Assembly (NCBI RefSeq): GCF_006345805.1
Contig: NC_043001.1
Location: forward strand, 31,124,001 to 31,188,000
Length of the DNA stretch: 64,000 nt
Direction of reading: 5' to 3'
DNA from: Octopus sinensis
Lineage: Eukaryota
Each line of letters opens with the position of its first letter. Position 1 is the stretch's first letter. Positions 34,925-48,521 of the stretch are shown here, piece by piece. A program made the position numbers and the translations under genes. A model generated the notes under the pieces. That model was not told where the DNA came from, searched no databases, and worked only from the letters and a program-made list of their open reading frames with translations.

Positions 34925-36739
34925 CTGTAAAATAACGAGAAAGTTAACGCTAATTCATCACTAATTAATTTTAAAAAATGAATAACATCAATGAAAATCG
35001 TTTGTTAAATTATGAAAAGACCAATAACTTTGAAAGCTACAATTTATCAAGTGAATAACAGTTAGTTTGTATCCTGCAACTTGCCTGAGATGATCTTATA
35101 GCTTTCACATATAACTCACAAATGATGAGTCCATCTAGATATAAGTTGTCGCAGTTTAAATTCCAAGTTATCCTTGAATGAGAGGACGTATAGTGAAAGA
35201 GGTTCCGGCCTGCAATTCTCTTATTTTTGTATATTAGAGCTACATTGCCTAGCGCATCGTTAATTTAAGTCAGTATGACGTAATTTGAATGAGACTTGAT
35301 TGCAATTTCGATTAGATAGAGCAACTGCATAGAATGCTCCTTCACTCGCTGGTTCCTGTAATTTATTGATTACTAATTAGCTTCAGATTAACCCTGATAG
35401 AGGAGACTTACAATCAAAGACGTTCAAGCCGTGATCATCCTGTCTAAATTTTTTAAGTGTTTTTAGAATTAGTACCACATTGGTGGTCCAGTTTAATGTT
35501 TACAGGCTACAAGCTATGATTCCACCATGGAATCGATATACAGCTCGGCGAAACTAGTCCAGAGCCTGGTTCTAGTATGAAACAGTTTCTTCAGTAATGT
35601 GACATATTACTGCTTCGGTTTTTTTTTGTAGATCTCGGGAAACCTTAAAAAAATTGGTCTAAGGCAGGCTCCTCTGAAGAGATTGTTTTCAAGTAGCTTT
35701 TATGGCAAATCAGTTTGATGAAGTCCAACTTGCTCTAAGCCAACAAAAGTTCTCGTCAATTTTACAGTGCAATCAATACACACACTATGGCCAAATGCTT
35801 CTGCTGTAGACAACCTTATGGCGCAAGCATAACAGCGTGTTTAAGAAGCTCACTTCACAACCAGATGGCTTCAGTTTCGATCCCACTGTCTAGTATCCTT
35901 GGGTAATTTTTACCAAAGCCACAGATCGACCAGTACCTTATGAGTGGAGTTTGTGGAATTTAGTAGACGGAAACTGTGTCAAAGCCAGTGGTGTTGGTGT
36001 GGGGGGAACCTTCTTGTTCTTAAGAGACGGACTCAAAATCTATTACAAGGTTTAACTCCTCCTTTTTCCCCCAAACCTGGCGCCTTTAGCAGTGTCTATT
36101 CTGTTGCAAGCATTCGCACGAGCTCTTCTGCCTGAGGATAACTTCCTCCTACGTCTTACAGAATGTCTACAAAGGATCATAAGTGCTGCCCTGCCTTCTC
36201 TGAATAAGTCATTGAAAATCTTGATGGTCTGGGATATTTTTTTAAGAAAATTATTTCGGCTACAGATATAACACGAACCACCATCTAATTGTCTTGCTCA
36301 TGCTTCACAACTTGTTTTTGTCCCACGCTTCACTTCGATTGTTTAAAAATACGTGCGCCCCATCATCTACAAAGTATATTCGAAAGAAGTGAAACTGAAA
36401 TTTTATTGCAAGTTTCATTCACTTGTTACTTACTTACGCCCCATTTGAAGTAATTCACGCCCCACTGGTGGGACGTGCGCTCTGTCTTGAGAGACACTGG
36501 TCTAGCTGAACCCTCTGCTCCTAAAATGCCTGAATTCAGTCTCCAGAGTCCTATTTCCATAATCTCATCTATAATTAGATTTTATGAATGTGTGCATACG
36601 TATACATGAACACAGATGTATATATATGCACGTGCCAGTGATGTGAGTGTGTGTGCAAGATTACGGATATATGCATAGGCGTACACACAACAGATATAAT
36701 ACACACATGCGTATGAATACAATGTATGCGTGACATAGA

Positions 36740-36827
<88 letters not shown>

Positions 36828-37186
36828 GAGCATGACAGTATAGTAAAAAGAAACATGAACCTTCGGGAGTATTAAGAGGCAAGTACTGACTCCTCTATTC
36901 CACTTCTCCCCGCATATTTAGAGCTCTCTTGTTCTATCTCCACCCGCCCCGAATCCACGTTCCAGCTACACTCAGAACCACCGACATTGGCGCACTATCA
37001 CATCCCGTCCACCCACCTCCCACCCGACTGAGTATCTGATGCAAAAGGTCATGTTTGTGCGAGCGGCTAATGACAAGCAGTGCATGATTAAGTATTTTAC
37101 CCCCGTGTAACAGTAGACCGAAATTCTACAGAGAAAAGGATATGAGTTGTCTGAAATGCCAGGCCTTCAATGGCATCCTATTAATA

Positions 37187-37392
<206 letters not shown>

Positions 37393-37679
37393 CAGGAATA
37401 AATAATAATTTCTTTATTAACTACAAGAGTTTTACATTAAGAAAACATCCAGAACAGTGCAGAACATAACAAAGAATGTGTATGTGTATGTGTGTGACTG
37501 TGTGTTGTTGTGAGGGTTATAAATGCTGCAATTGTCAACGGCCTCTCTTCGAAAACTGCTTATAATTTTCACTGAGTTTGGTTTAGTTAGGACGATACTA
37601 GTGATGTTACTCGAAATAAAGTGTTATTGATACAGCTCGTTTTCGGTACAAACGTCCAACGTATCCTAAAAATTTACTG

Positions 37680-40244
37680 TATTATTATGAATAGAATAGA
37701 ATCGATAAAGTTTAGCAAAGGACTAGCAGTAGAAAGAAAAAGAGTAGAGGGAGGGCTAATCAAAAAGTTAGACGAGGCTTTTAGAAAAGGCATCGCGAAC
37801 GACTTGCTCGCGACGAGATTGGCACTCGACCAATTCTTCAATGCGGAACACGAAAGTTGCGTTGTCAGAGCTGACGCACGAACATCTGGACAGAAGGCAA
37901 AGCCGTTCAATGGGTCCGAGTGGCAGAGGCACGGCGTGACAAGAAATCCACGATCCGATCCTTGCTGGATCACGACGGGCAAATGATAACTGATCTGATA
38001 ACTGACCTTTACGCTTACATGCCAGACTTGTTCGGCGACCCCTTAGCAAACGTTTACTGCAACTGGCAACATAATGGGAGAATTCCCAGTTCTGTGAGCC
38101 GACTAGCAATAGCGTTGCTGAGAAAAGACCCGAACAAGGGGGGTTGTATTGACAACTTTAGGCTCATAACTCTACTGGATGCAGAGTTCAAAGTTTTGGC
38201 CGAGGTGTTAGCTACGAGGTTGGCTCTTGTCGTCGGGAATCTGGTTGGGGAGATACAGACATGTGCCATCGAGAAAATATCTATCAACGACAACCTCCAC
38301 CTCATGTGATGCATCATTGAAAAGTGGCTAAAGAACCTGGCATGGGTAGGGCCCTGGTCTATTTAGATCAGTCTAAAGCTTTCGATAGGGTCGACCATCT
38401 ATACCTGACGGGGTGCCTCAAGGCAGCTGGTTTCAGACTTGTATTCAAGGGCTGGATCGCTGCAATGCACAACGACATCTGTTCAGTGGTTATAGTGAAC
38501 GGTCACTTCTCAGAGCCGTTCAACATCATGAGCTCGGTCCGGCAAGGTTGCCCCCTCTCGTCTCTTTTGTATGTACTGATTCTTGAGCCCATACTACTCA
38601 AACTGGAGGCATTGAGAGACATCCCGCGTGACCTAGGATGTGGAAGATGCGTGTTGGCATATGCCGACGACGTCACCGTAGTGGTATCGGATCATAAACG
38701 CATAGAAATGATCGGCACCGCTCTCAAGGACTACGAGGCGGTTTCAAGAGCGACGATTAACCAGGAAAAATCAATGGGTTTGCGGCATGGCACCTGGAGA
38801 AAGAAGACCATGCCGTCCAACAGTTGGGCGTTGGACGGATGGACCGGTTAAATTGCTCGGGCTCTGGTTCGGTCTGTACCTCCTAATAGACAAAAACTGG
38901 GACGAGGTAACTAGCAGGGTGACTAATCTCACCCAGAAATGGGCCGAGAGAAAGCTATCCCTAAAAGGTCGGGCAGATGTGGCTAACGTGTCCGTCATCT
39001 ACTATCGCTTGACCGTCGTGCCTTGTCCTGGCAATCATCTGATTACGCTGAAGCGTATACTTTTCCGCTTCTTCTGAAAGGGACTCATCCCGATGGTCAG
39101 GCGGTCTATCTGCTGTCAACACCCGCTGGGTGGTTGCCTGGGCATGCCGTAGTTGATGATGCGCAGACATGCGCTGAAGTTACATCTCCAGTGCTTCATT
39201 GACAGTGAACAGGTGTGGTCACCATTCGCCAGACACATATTTCCGCAAGCTAGTTTCTTTAACGGAGCTGCAGTCCTAGGTAAAACAGAGACCGAGGGAG
39301 AGCATTTGGAAAGTGGAATGTCTACAACCACTCACAACCCTCAGCCACTCGAACAGTGCGAAAGATAGAACGTATACTTTAGCTTTTTATAGAGGATTAG
39401 TGGAGGAAAAGTGCGACGACGTTCTTGGGGAGACCTTAGGCATCGAAGAAGATCAGTTAGCCGCTCTTTTCTGGAGAACATTCGGCCTGGGACTGCTGGA
39501 TAATTTCAAAAAATCTCTGGCCTGGCAGTGCTACCGATAGCTTTGGTTATTCGAGATAAACTTTACAGGCACGGAAGTGCCGTCAGCCGAGCATGTCCGA
39601 GATGCACGCTAAACGATGAGACGGTCCTGCACGCATTCGTCCAGTGTCCGAGCATTACTGTCCTGTGGGTTTATGTCGAACACCTACTGTCGCATATGGG
39701 ACGGATCCGGCTGTCAACTGAATCCATCGTGAAGATCGCTCCGCTGCCTTCCTTTAACCGAGGAAAAGCTGTGTTTATATGCCTGGTGGATATGGCGAAA
39801 GAGGTTGTATGGTGGACGAGATTGAAGGGGCTGAAAGCAAACACTTTTCTCTTTGGCCAATTTCTGAGCAACTTCTTCAAGTTTCACTTGAAAAGGGAAA
39901 TAAGGGTAGAGAGAGAAGTGTTGTCTTCCAGCCAATTGGCTGAAAGGTGGATGAAAGTGGTGAGAATGGTGCAGGTGAACGGGCCTGCCCTGAGCATACG
40001 CCTGTAGTTGAGAAAAAATGCACCTACCCCCAAAGTTAGGGTACCCATGGTTTTTTATGGGGCTTTTCTCTGAGCAGCCCTCCCTATTGAAGATCACACA
40101 TTGTTGATTTTTAAAATTTTGTTGGCCTTGTTTACACGCAAGCCCTCACAACACACACTCATTCTTTGTTATATCCTGTACTGTCCACAATGTTTTTCTT
40201 TATGTAAACCCTTGTGGTTAATAAAGAAATCATTATTTATTCCT

Positions 40245-40245
<1 letters not shown>
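37680..40245 (+). mobile_element. 5'-truncated Tx1/L1-like non-LTR retrotransposon; RT pseudogene with C-terminal CCHC motif
   Basis: RT motifs NFRLITLLDAEFKVLA, DQSKAFDRVDH, VRQGCPLS and LAYADDV; C-terminal CPRC-x8-H-x4-C; AATAAA near 40220 followed by (TTA)n. Multiple stops and frameshifts. Confidence 0.93.
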
Positions 40246-40288
<43 letters not shown>

Positions 40289-40522
40289 GAGTGAGAGAGC
40301 AGTGCATGCCATCAAAGTGACACTGGGGTAAAATATACGAAGCCCAATATACTCATCATGGCTATCCGTCTGATAAGGGTACACCAGGCACATGCATCAC
40401 AACCATATGTGCGCGACATGGTGATCTCATATCAAGATAAACAGCACATGACTTTGCAGGTGGGGCCCAGTTAGAATTTTCTTCAGGTTGAGTAGCCCAT
40501 CCCGCTCAAAAGGTCCCTGAAT
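40289..40522 (-). mobile_element. 3'-tail fragment of a retroelement inserted in a (TAA/TTA)n microsatellite (R4/Dong-like 3'UTR by inference)
   Basis: A 234-bp GC-richer block flanked on both sides by (TAT)n; on the minus strand it ends ctctcactc-(AAT)n. Confidence 0.55.
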
Positions 40523-40539
40523 ATTATTATTATTATTAT

Positions 40540-40587
<48 letters not shown>

Positions 40588-40627
40588 TAGTAGCAGCAGC
40601 AGCAGTAGTAGCAGCAGTAGTAGTAGT

Positions 40628-40664
<37 letters not shown>

Positions 40665-40975
40665 CAGGTTATTTCCGACTATCATCGTAACCAGGATTAA
40701 TAATCATAAACGAAGATTCTAGTAACACTGATGGAGCGCCTACCTGGTCTCTTGACCTGCTAGAAATATCAACTAAAAATCTATCTCGAATTATACACTA
40801 TCACCTCAAAGAAAAAAAGTAGGACGAGCCACTGGATAACGCAGCCCAATGTGCATTATTCATTAAAACATGATGAGGTAGGGTAATCAGGGGCTGAAAT
40901 GCCTTCGATCATGGGTCTGCTCAATCAAGGCTAATCCCCCCCACCACCACCACCACCTCCACCACCACCACCACC

Positions 40976-41009
<34 letters not shown>

Positions 41010-42831
41010 TCATCCATCGTTGTCGTAGCGATCAGTGATTGAAAATAGGGCAGCACTATAAACGATAGCTAGATTAGTTACGACTTTCAACCTTTGAACT
41101 GACAACAGCAGCTGTTGTTGATGACGACGACGACGACGATGATGATGATGATGATGATAAGAAAAAGGAGGAAATGACGAGGAGGACGAGAATGTTAGCT
41201 CTGAGCAGACTTATGATCAAAAGCACCCCATTCGTGACCACCACGTGTCATTTCATATTCTATGTACCCAGGACATTTAACTAGAAAATAAGCAACGATA
41301 GAAGGAGAGTTGGTAGCCTTTTTTTTTTTTGACAAAAGATCAAGCAATCGAAAAGTGGCTCCCTCATTGGTTTGTCACGATACAAATGTGCATATCATTG
41401 CCAAAATAGCAGACTTACAATAGTAATTAGTTTTGGGCTTTTGACATTGAGGAAATGAAAAGAATTTCCTAAAAGATATATGTCATGAGCTTGAACCCTT
41501 GTTAGGGGTTGCTTTACCCTTCGTTAATGAAATAAAATAAATCGCTCTCGTACGTTAATGTACAGTTCCCATCAACAGAAGCAATTTCCCTTCAGGAATT
41601 GGTTTTCTATTCGTTTCTTTCAAGTAAGAGCGAAAATCATACTATATTATTTTAGAGAAAGTTATTACACACACATACACACGCACACGCATGCATACAT
41701 ACATACATACATACATACATACATACATACATACATACATACATACATACATACATGTATACATACATACACACATACACATTGCTTTCACATGAACAGC
41801 AACCCAAGTCAAAGACGTTTTATCGAGCGAGAATAGATCACTCAGCAAAAAACGTTCGCTGCTAGACGTTACTAATCACTAAACTGGCATACACTGACTT
41901 CTTTTGAGTAAGCACAAAGCTTACATTTGTAAGGAAAAGGAACAGTAGATTGTCATTCATTACCTTATATTAAAAGGCAAAAATCAATCTTGATCAGATT
42001 TGAACACAGAAACTAGGAAATTGAAAGTAAATATTCAAAGACATTTATCTTAATCCAGTGCCGTAACATTTCTGACAACTAACTATTGTCAATATGAATA
42101 ATTATATAAACCACAGAACACTACCAGTCATTTAACCCGGCAGTTTAGTGTTTCAATCAATCATCTTTAAACGTATAAGTTAATGACGCTAAGCCCTTCC
42201 TCAATAAGATTAGAGACTTGAAACATTTTCAACTTTGGTATGAAAACTGAATCACTAAATCGGCTCGGTAAGACCCTACTTCATATTCTGTTTTTGCTGA
42301 CCATTACACTGTTCTAGGTTGAAGAAAGAAAAAAAAAAAAAAGAAAAAAAAACACCTCTCAAAATCATTTCTGAGAAAAGAACAAAACAATATATAATTT
42401 CCAGAGAATCAAATTGTCTTCTTTTATAACGAAAGCGATTTGATTGAAATAGTTTCTTTTGTTTTTGTTTTAACATGATTTTCAGTTAGTTGGTGCAGAT
42501 TGTAATTATAGAAAAATCCTTGATGTTGGTATCACAATATATGCGGTTCCATAAAAAATGTGCAATTATAGTACAATCAAATTTTGCCATCCGTATAATA
42601 AACATGACTGCTAAATACGTCCATTAGCAGATAATTGCTTTCAATTAAATACAACAAGCACAAATAGAAGTTCCACGGTATCCCGTTTGCTAACAACCAA
42701 TAACAGATTCCATCACAAAATTTGTGATATTCCTATTATTTTTCGATTCAATATTCGTTTAGACAAGAATCCTTGAAATAAATTTTCGTTTTATTCTTGT
42801 ATTCATATCGAATTTACTGAGACTTATGAAA

Positions 42832-44361
42832 CTGGTTGGCAAAGAGTGCAATACGAGTGCTTTTGCCATGGCTTAAGTTCATATCGAGTGCAGGGATGGC
42901 CAAGGGGTTAGGAAGCTTAATTGATAACTACGTGGATTCGGGCTCGATCTCGTTGCGCGGCATCTTAAACAAGAGTTTTTTTAATCATAACTTCGATTGG
43001 ATGAAATCTGCGTGGAAACACACCAAAGGAATCGTTCCTGCTCTTGGATGGTAAGCTTAATCTATCACATGACCTTTTGATATCCTTAGCGTTCGAACAG
43101 ATTTCCAGTCTGAGGATATCTTCTTCCTACCAGATTCCAGAGGCCCTGCAAATTCATAGGGGTGCTCTCCTGTTCTGATTAAATCTTTTTTTTTATTTTC
43201 AAGATATCACAAGAAGTGGTAAGTAGCTTGCTTACGAACCACATGGTTCCGAGTTCAGTCCCACTGCGTGGCACCTTGAGCGAGTGTCTTCTACTATAGC
43301 CTCGTGCCGACCAAAACCTTGTGAGTGGATTTGGTAGACGGAAACTGAAAGAAGCCCTTCGTATATATGCATATATATGTGTGTGTGTGTGTTTGTCCAT
43401 ACATCGCTTGACAACCGATGCTGGTGTGTTTACGTCCCCGTAACTTAGCGGTTCGACCAAAGAGACCGATGGAATAAGTACTAGGCATTCACAGAATAAG
43501 TCCTGGGGTCGATTTGCTCGACTAAAGGTGGTGCTCCAGCATGGCCACAGTCAAATGACTGAAACAAGTAAAATAGTAAGAACTTAAAGAAAGCGTGTGA
43601 CTTTGTAACTACTTAGTTGACTTACGCCTAACGTGCTAAACAAGTCAGAACAGAGATGTAAGCTATGAACAGAAAGCAGTGCTGGCGAAGGAATACGAAC
43701 ACGAATCATTGATGATCACATGGAAAGATTTAACGGGAGTGCTTTGATCAAAAGAAATATATTAACACGTAAATTTGTGTCACAAATGTTTGGTTTGGTA
43801 CAATGGGCCATGAGATAGCCTCTTGCATTGGTGTGTTGCATATGATCACACAAGTCATATTGAAGTGTTTTAACCAAGTGATTAGTTCAGGAAACCTGCG
43901 ATATCGCTTGATACTACCTGGATAGTAGAAAACTGCTGATTTGGATTAGTTTTCGATGAATTTATGTATAAGACCCAGTCTCATGCTTTCTTTAAGTACT
44001 TATGTCATATCTTGATAAAAAAAAAAGATTTAATCAGAACAGAAGGGAATCATCCCTATGAATTTGCAGGGCCTCTGGAATCTAGTAGGAAGAAGATATC
44101 CTCAGACTGGAAAGCTTTTCGAACGCTAAGGACATCCAAAGGCCAAGTGATAGATTAAGCTTACCATCCAAGAACAGGAACGATTCCTTTGGTATGTTTC
44201 CACGTAATTTTTAACCAATCGAGGCTAAGATGCCGCGCAACGAGATCGAGCCCGAATCCACGTGGTTATGAATCAAGCTTCCTAACCGTTTGGCCATCCC
44301 TGCACTCGATATGAACTTAAGCCATGACAAAAGCACTCGTATTGCACTCTTTGCCAATCAG
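42832..44361. repeat. Large inverted duplication/foldback (arms 42832-43601 and 43975-44361); the left arm is interrupted by a SINE B
   Basis: ctggttggcaaagagtgcaatacgagtgcttttg...ccagattccagaggccctgcaaattcatagg matches the reverse complement of 44040-44361. Homology resumes after the SINE (aagaacttaaagaaagcgtgtgact versus aagtacttaaagaaagcatgagact). Confidence 0.9.
43217..43575 (+). mobile_element. SINE family B (head slightly truncated)
   Basis: Family B consensus from ggtaagtagcttgctt to actgaaacaagtaaaa. Confidence 0.9.
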
Positions 44362-44751
44362 CACTTGAGTGATCCATCAAAATCCAACAATTTCTATTAT
44401 TTGTTTCTTACAATTGTTTTTTTTTTTATCTAAATCCAACGATTGTGAACCATCAATATGTAATCGATATGAATGTACTTGCTGAACCGATGAAAGAAAG
44501 TAGCACAATTGATGAGTAAAGATAGCCAAATGGGTGCAGGTATGGCTGTGTGGTTAAGAAGTTCGCTTCGTTATTGCATGGCTCTGGTTCAATTTCACTA
44601 CTCGGCAATTTGGGCAAATCATACGATACTCATGGGGTGATCAAAGTCTTGTGGGCAAAATTTCGTTAACGGGAACTGTGGAAATCCGCCAGAGGATCTG
44701 TTTCCACTCTTGGGTCTTAGGATTAACCATTTTATTTATTTATTTATTTAT

Positions 44752-45058
44752 GCGCACTTTTCAAGCGTAGCCAGGCTCATGGGCCCGGTTTCCCGGTTTC
44801 TGTGGCGTATGTGTTCCCCCCACCTGGACGGGACGCCAGTCCATCGCAGCGTTACTCAAGAAACAGGAAGAAAGAGTGAGAGAAAGTTGGGGCGAAAGAG
44901 TACAAAATGGGGTCACCACCACCCCTTGTTGGAGCCTCATGGAGCTTTAGGTTCTTTCGCCGCTTAATAAGCACACACAAGGCCCGGTCTGGGAATTGAA
45001 ACCGCGATCCTCCGACCGCGAGTCCGCTGCCCTAACCACTGGGCCGTTGCGCCTCCAC
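44752..45058 (-). mobile_element. SINE family C
   Basis: Same sequence as 6545-6842. Confidence 0.9.
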
Positions 45059-45664
45059 TAGGATTAACCATAACTCAGTTTAAAATCTCTACTTGGTCCG
45101 TGTGTACTCTTAATAGAGCCCACTCTGTCTTAAACTTTCGGTGTAAGTCTCTGGTCTAAAAGTAACTTCTTCCTTTCATTTTAACCTCCAAGTCAAAGGC
45201 CCTTAGAGCTGACTTCGGTGCTTGCTCCTCTGATTAAGTCATAAAAATGTGTGCGCGCAATTATGCCCGTATATATATGAGCATATTTGTGTGTATGTGT
45301 GTGTGAAATCTTGGTGGTCCTTATCAACTGATTGTATTGCTTAAGTTTCCTTCTTAACACCTCAGTTTACATAAACATGTTCAAGCTTGTTTCATTAAGT
45401 CAATTTATTGCGAGCATGCACCATTTGACATCATTGTTTCCTCACCTCATTTCCACCTGTACTTGATGTTCACACCTTATTCATGAATACAGAATTACAC
45501 TCGTACTTCGTTAGACAAGCTGTCTCACACAGAGACACAGATACAAACGTATTTTCCAAATTGATATAAACGCATCGAATCTAGTAATTGTTTTTATTTA
45601 TTTATTTATATAGTTATTTATTTATTTGTTTATTTTCACTTCAACCTTTTCTCTCTTTTCTCTT

Positions 45665-46070
45665 TAACTTGTTTCAGTCATTTGACTGCGGCCATGCTGG
45701 AGCACCGCCTTTAGTCGAGCAAATCGACCCCAGGATTTATTCGTTGGAAGCCTAGTACTTATTCTATCGGTCTCTTTTGCAGAACCGCTAAGTTACGGGG
45801 AGGTAAACACACCAGCATCAGTTGTCAAGTAATGTTGGTGGGGGGCACAATCACAGATACAAATACACACACACACACACACATATACATATATATATAT
45901 ATATATATATACGACGGGCTTCTTCCAGTTTCCGTCTACCAAATCCACTCACAAGGCTTTGGTTGGTCCGAGGCTATAGTAGAAGACACTTGCCCAAGGT
46001 GCCACGCACTGGGAATGAACCCGCAACCATGTTGTTGTTAAGCAAGCTACTTACCACACAGCCACTCCTG
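45665..46070 (-). mobile_element. SINE family B, full-length
   Basis: Family B consensus in reverse. Confidence 0.9.
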
Positions 46071-46204
46071 CTTTTATCTGCATGTATCTTCCATATGTAT
46101 TTTTTTAACTTGACCTTGCAGACTAACAATATCCGCATCGATAATTATCGACATCTAAACATATATACAGACACACGCACACGTGCATACAAATACGGAT
46201 AGAC

Positions 46205-46258
<54 letters not shown>

Positions 46259-46352
46259 GCATACACACACATACATATACATATATAAATACGCACACAT
46301 ATTCAGACGAAAACGTAAACCTACATTATGTAGCTATTCGATATATATATAT

Positions 46353-46722
46353 ACGAGCAAAATGCCCCCCCCCACGTCCAATGGACGGTGCTGAGTTGTC
46401 AAACATTTAAACCAAATTTTCTCAAAATAACTTGTCTGACCGTCCCATAGGCCACCAAATTGAGAAACACTGATTTAACCTAAATTTGAGACACCAGAAA
46501 ATAGACGGATTTCGACTGATGTACTTGCGCGTACAAATGCACGTTCCCACGGCTTTATCGATCACATTCTCACCTGGAATCGATTTTTGTAAATTTTTCA
46601 AGAATTATACACGCCCTGATACCGTCGGTATCAACAGATCAAATTTGAGCGCAATCGGATGGAGGATGCCTGAGATCCTAGAAGACACACACACAAACAG
46701 ACAACGGATTTTATATAATAGA
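46353..46722 (-). mobile_element. Non-autonomous Helitron-like element, short form (370 bp)
   Basis: The minus strand starts TCTATTATATAAAA, has a subterminal hairpin cgtcc-att-ggacg (46375-46387) and ends ...ttttgCTCGT (a variant of CTRRT). No TIRs or TSD. Confidence 0.75.
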
Positions 46723-47131
46723 TTAAACGCACATACACACACACGCACGCACGTGTGTGTGAGAAACAATTTACAAATAATGGTCATTACATATAATTCC
46801 GTTATTAGAGCAAATTTGGCTTACAGCTGATTCCAGTAGTCATTATAGGTACTTTACTGATAAGTTTATTCAAAGTTTGTCTAAACTCCATCCACGGATT
46901 TACACTATAGAATTGTGATGAACCTTAACTTGCGGCTCTACCAAAAGATTACTTGCAGGTCTTCACTAATCTGAGTAATATTGTTAGCCTGGTGGGCCAA
47001 CAGAGAGCTTATGAAATATTTTGCACGATTGGCAATTCCTGTGTGTGTGTGTGTTTGTGTGTATGTATATATACATATAAATATATATGTGTGTGTATAT
47101 GTATGTTTGTGTATGTATATGTGTGTGTATG

Positions 47132-47198
<67 letters not shown>

Positions 47199-47669
47199 CA
47201 TAAATGTATATATATGTTTATATGTACATAAATGTATATATACATACATATATATATATACATATATATATATATGTATATATATACATATATGTATATA
47301 TCCAAATACACACACACACACAAGCATACATGCCTACATACATACACTCACTCAACCACGTTTCGGTAATGCATTCAGGATGATAGATAAGTATGTATAT
47401 TGGGAAAAGATGGATAGATAGAAATATAGATGTGGGAATTTGTGTGTATTCTGAAGTGAAGCCATTTCTTTAAGCAGCTTTGGAGAAGAATAACAGAAGA
47501 AACTCTTCCGTTTTCGTTTGTTTCTTTCGTTTTTTTCCCTCCCTTCATTCTCCATCCAGTCGTCCATCCGAACAGGTGACAAGTATAAACAAACAATATA
47601 GATCCTATGTAAATCCAATTACATCGCTTACGTCATCACCCGGGTTGTTTACGTACAACATCTAATCGG

Positions 47670-48416
47670 CATCATCATCATCATCATCATCATCAATCAT
47701 CATTTAACGTCTGTTTTTCATGCTGGCATGCGTTGGACAGTTTGATAGTAGCTGGCAAGCCGGAGGGCAGCACCACGTTTCAGCCGTCAATTTTGGAAGG
47801 ATTTCAACGGTTGGATACCCTTCTTCATACCGTCAACCAGTTTACAGATTGTACAGGGTGACTTTTATATGGAACCGACACGGGTGTTCTTTTTTTATGT
47901 AGGGCCCCCGCACGGGTGCTTTTGAACGTGACGCCAGCACGTGTGCTTTCTTATGCTTTCTTATCTGGCGTCGGCACGGATGCATCTTTTTCGTGTCGCC
48001 GGCACAGGTGCTTTCTTACCTGGCGCCGACACGGGTGCTCTTTGACGTAGAGCAGTCACGCGTGCTTTGTTCCGTTTGGCCGGCACAAATGGTTTCTTAC
48101 GAGGCGTCGACATGGGTGCTCTTTAACGTGGAGCAGGCACGAGTGCTCTGTTACGTTTGGCCGGCACAAGCGCTTTCTTACGTGGAGCCTGCATGGGTGC
48201 TCACTTATTTGACACCTGCACGTGGGCTTTCATATGTGACGCCGGCACAGATGCATCTTTTACGTGGTGCCGGCAAGGGTACTTTTTAACGTGACGCCGG
48301 CAAGGGCGCTTTTTTATGTGACGATGGCATGGGTTATTATTGTACGTGACGCCGGCACAAGTACTCTTTTACGTGACGCCGGCACGGGCGCTTTTTTTAC
48401 GTGGCACCGGCACAGG
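47670..48416 (-). mobile_element. RTE-tailed SINE-like element carrying a 24-27-bp CpG-rich tandem array (~47870-48416)
   Basis: A (CAT)n tail followed by ttaacgtctgtttttcatgctggcatgcgttggac (RTE-like tail in reverse), then roughly 20 diverged units of consensus ACGTGRCGCCGGCACGGGTGCTTTTT. Confidence 0.7.
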
Positions 48417-48450
48417 TTAATAATAACATACTTAGTAGTAATATACTTAC

Positions 48451-48521
48451 GTTATGAGAAAGAAGACGGGTGCCGCAATAAAGACAATAATGGGTAACAG
48501 CCAGAGTTTCTGACCCCACAT
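48451..48521 (-). CDS. DRAM2: DRAM-family gene, coding exon 1 (MWGQKLWLLPIIVFIAAPVFFLI-T), first transmembrane segment
   Basis: ATG at 48521, 71 nt, ends in phase 2 (AC|gtaagt; + strand acttac at 48445-48450). An in-frame TGA lies upstream, and a polypyrimidine/AG acceptor (tttttcccag) opens the exon at 48562. The hydrophobic LP-containing N-terminus is typical of DRAM/TMEM150. DRAM1 and DRAM2 cannot be distinguished, so the symbol means DRAM2-like. Confidence 0.9.

Noticed and set aside
47870-48416. CRISPR-like appearance of the 27-bp array
   Set aside because: The units are contiguous and mutually similar with no unique spacers, there are no cas genes, and the context is eukaryotic.
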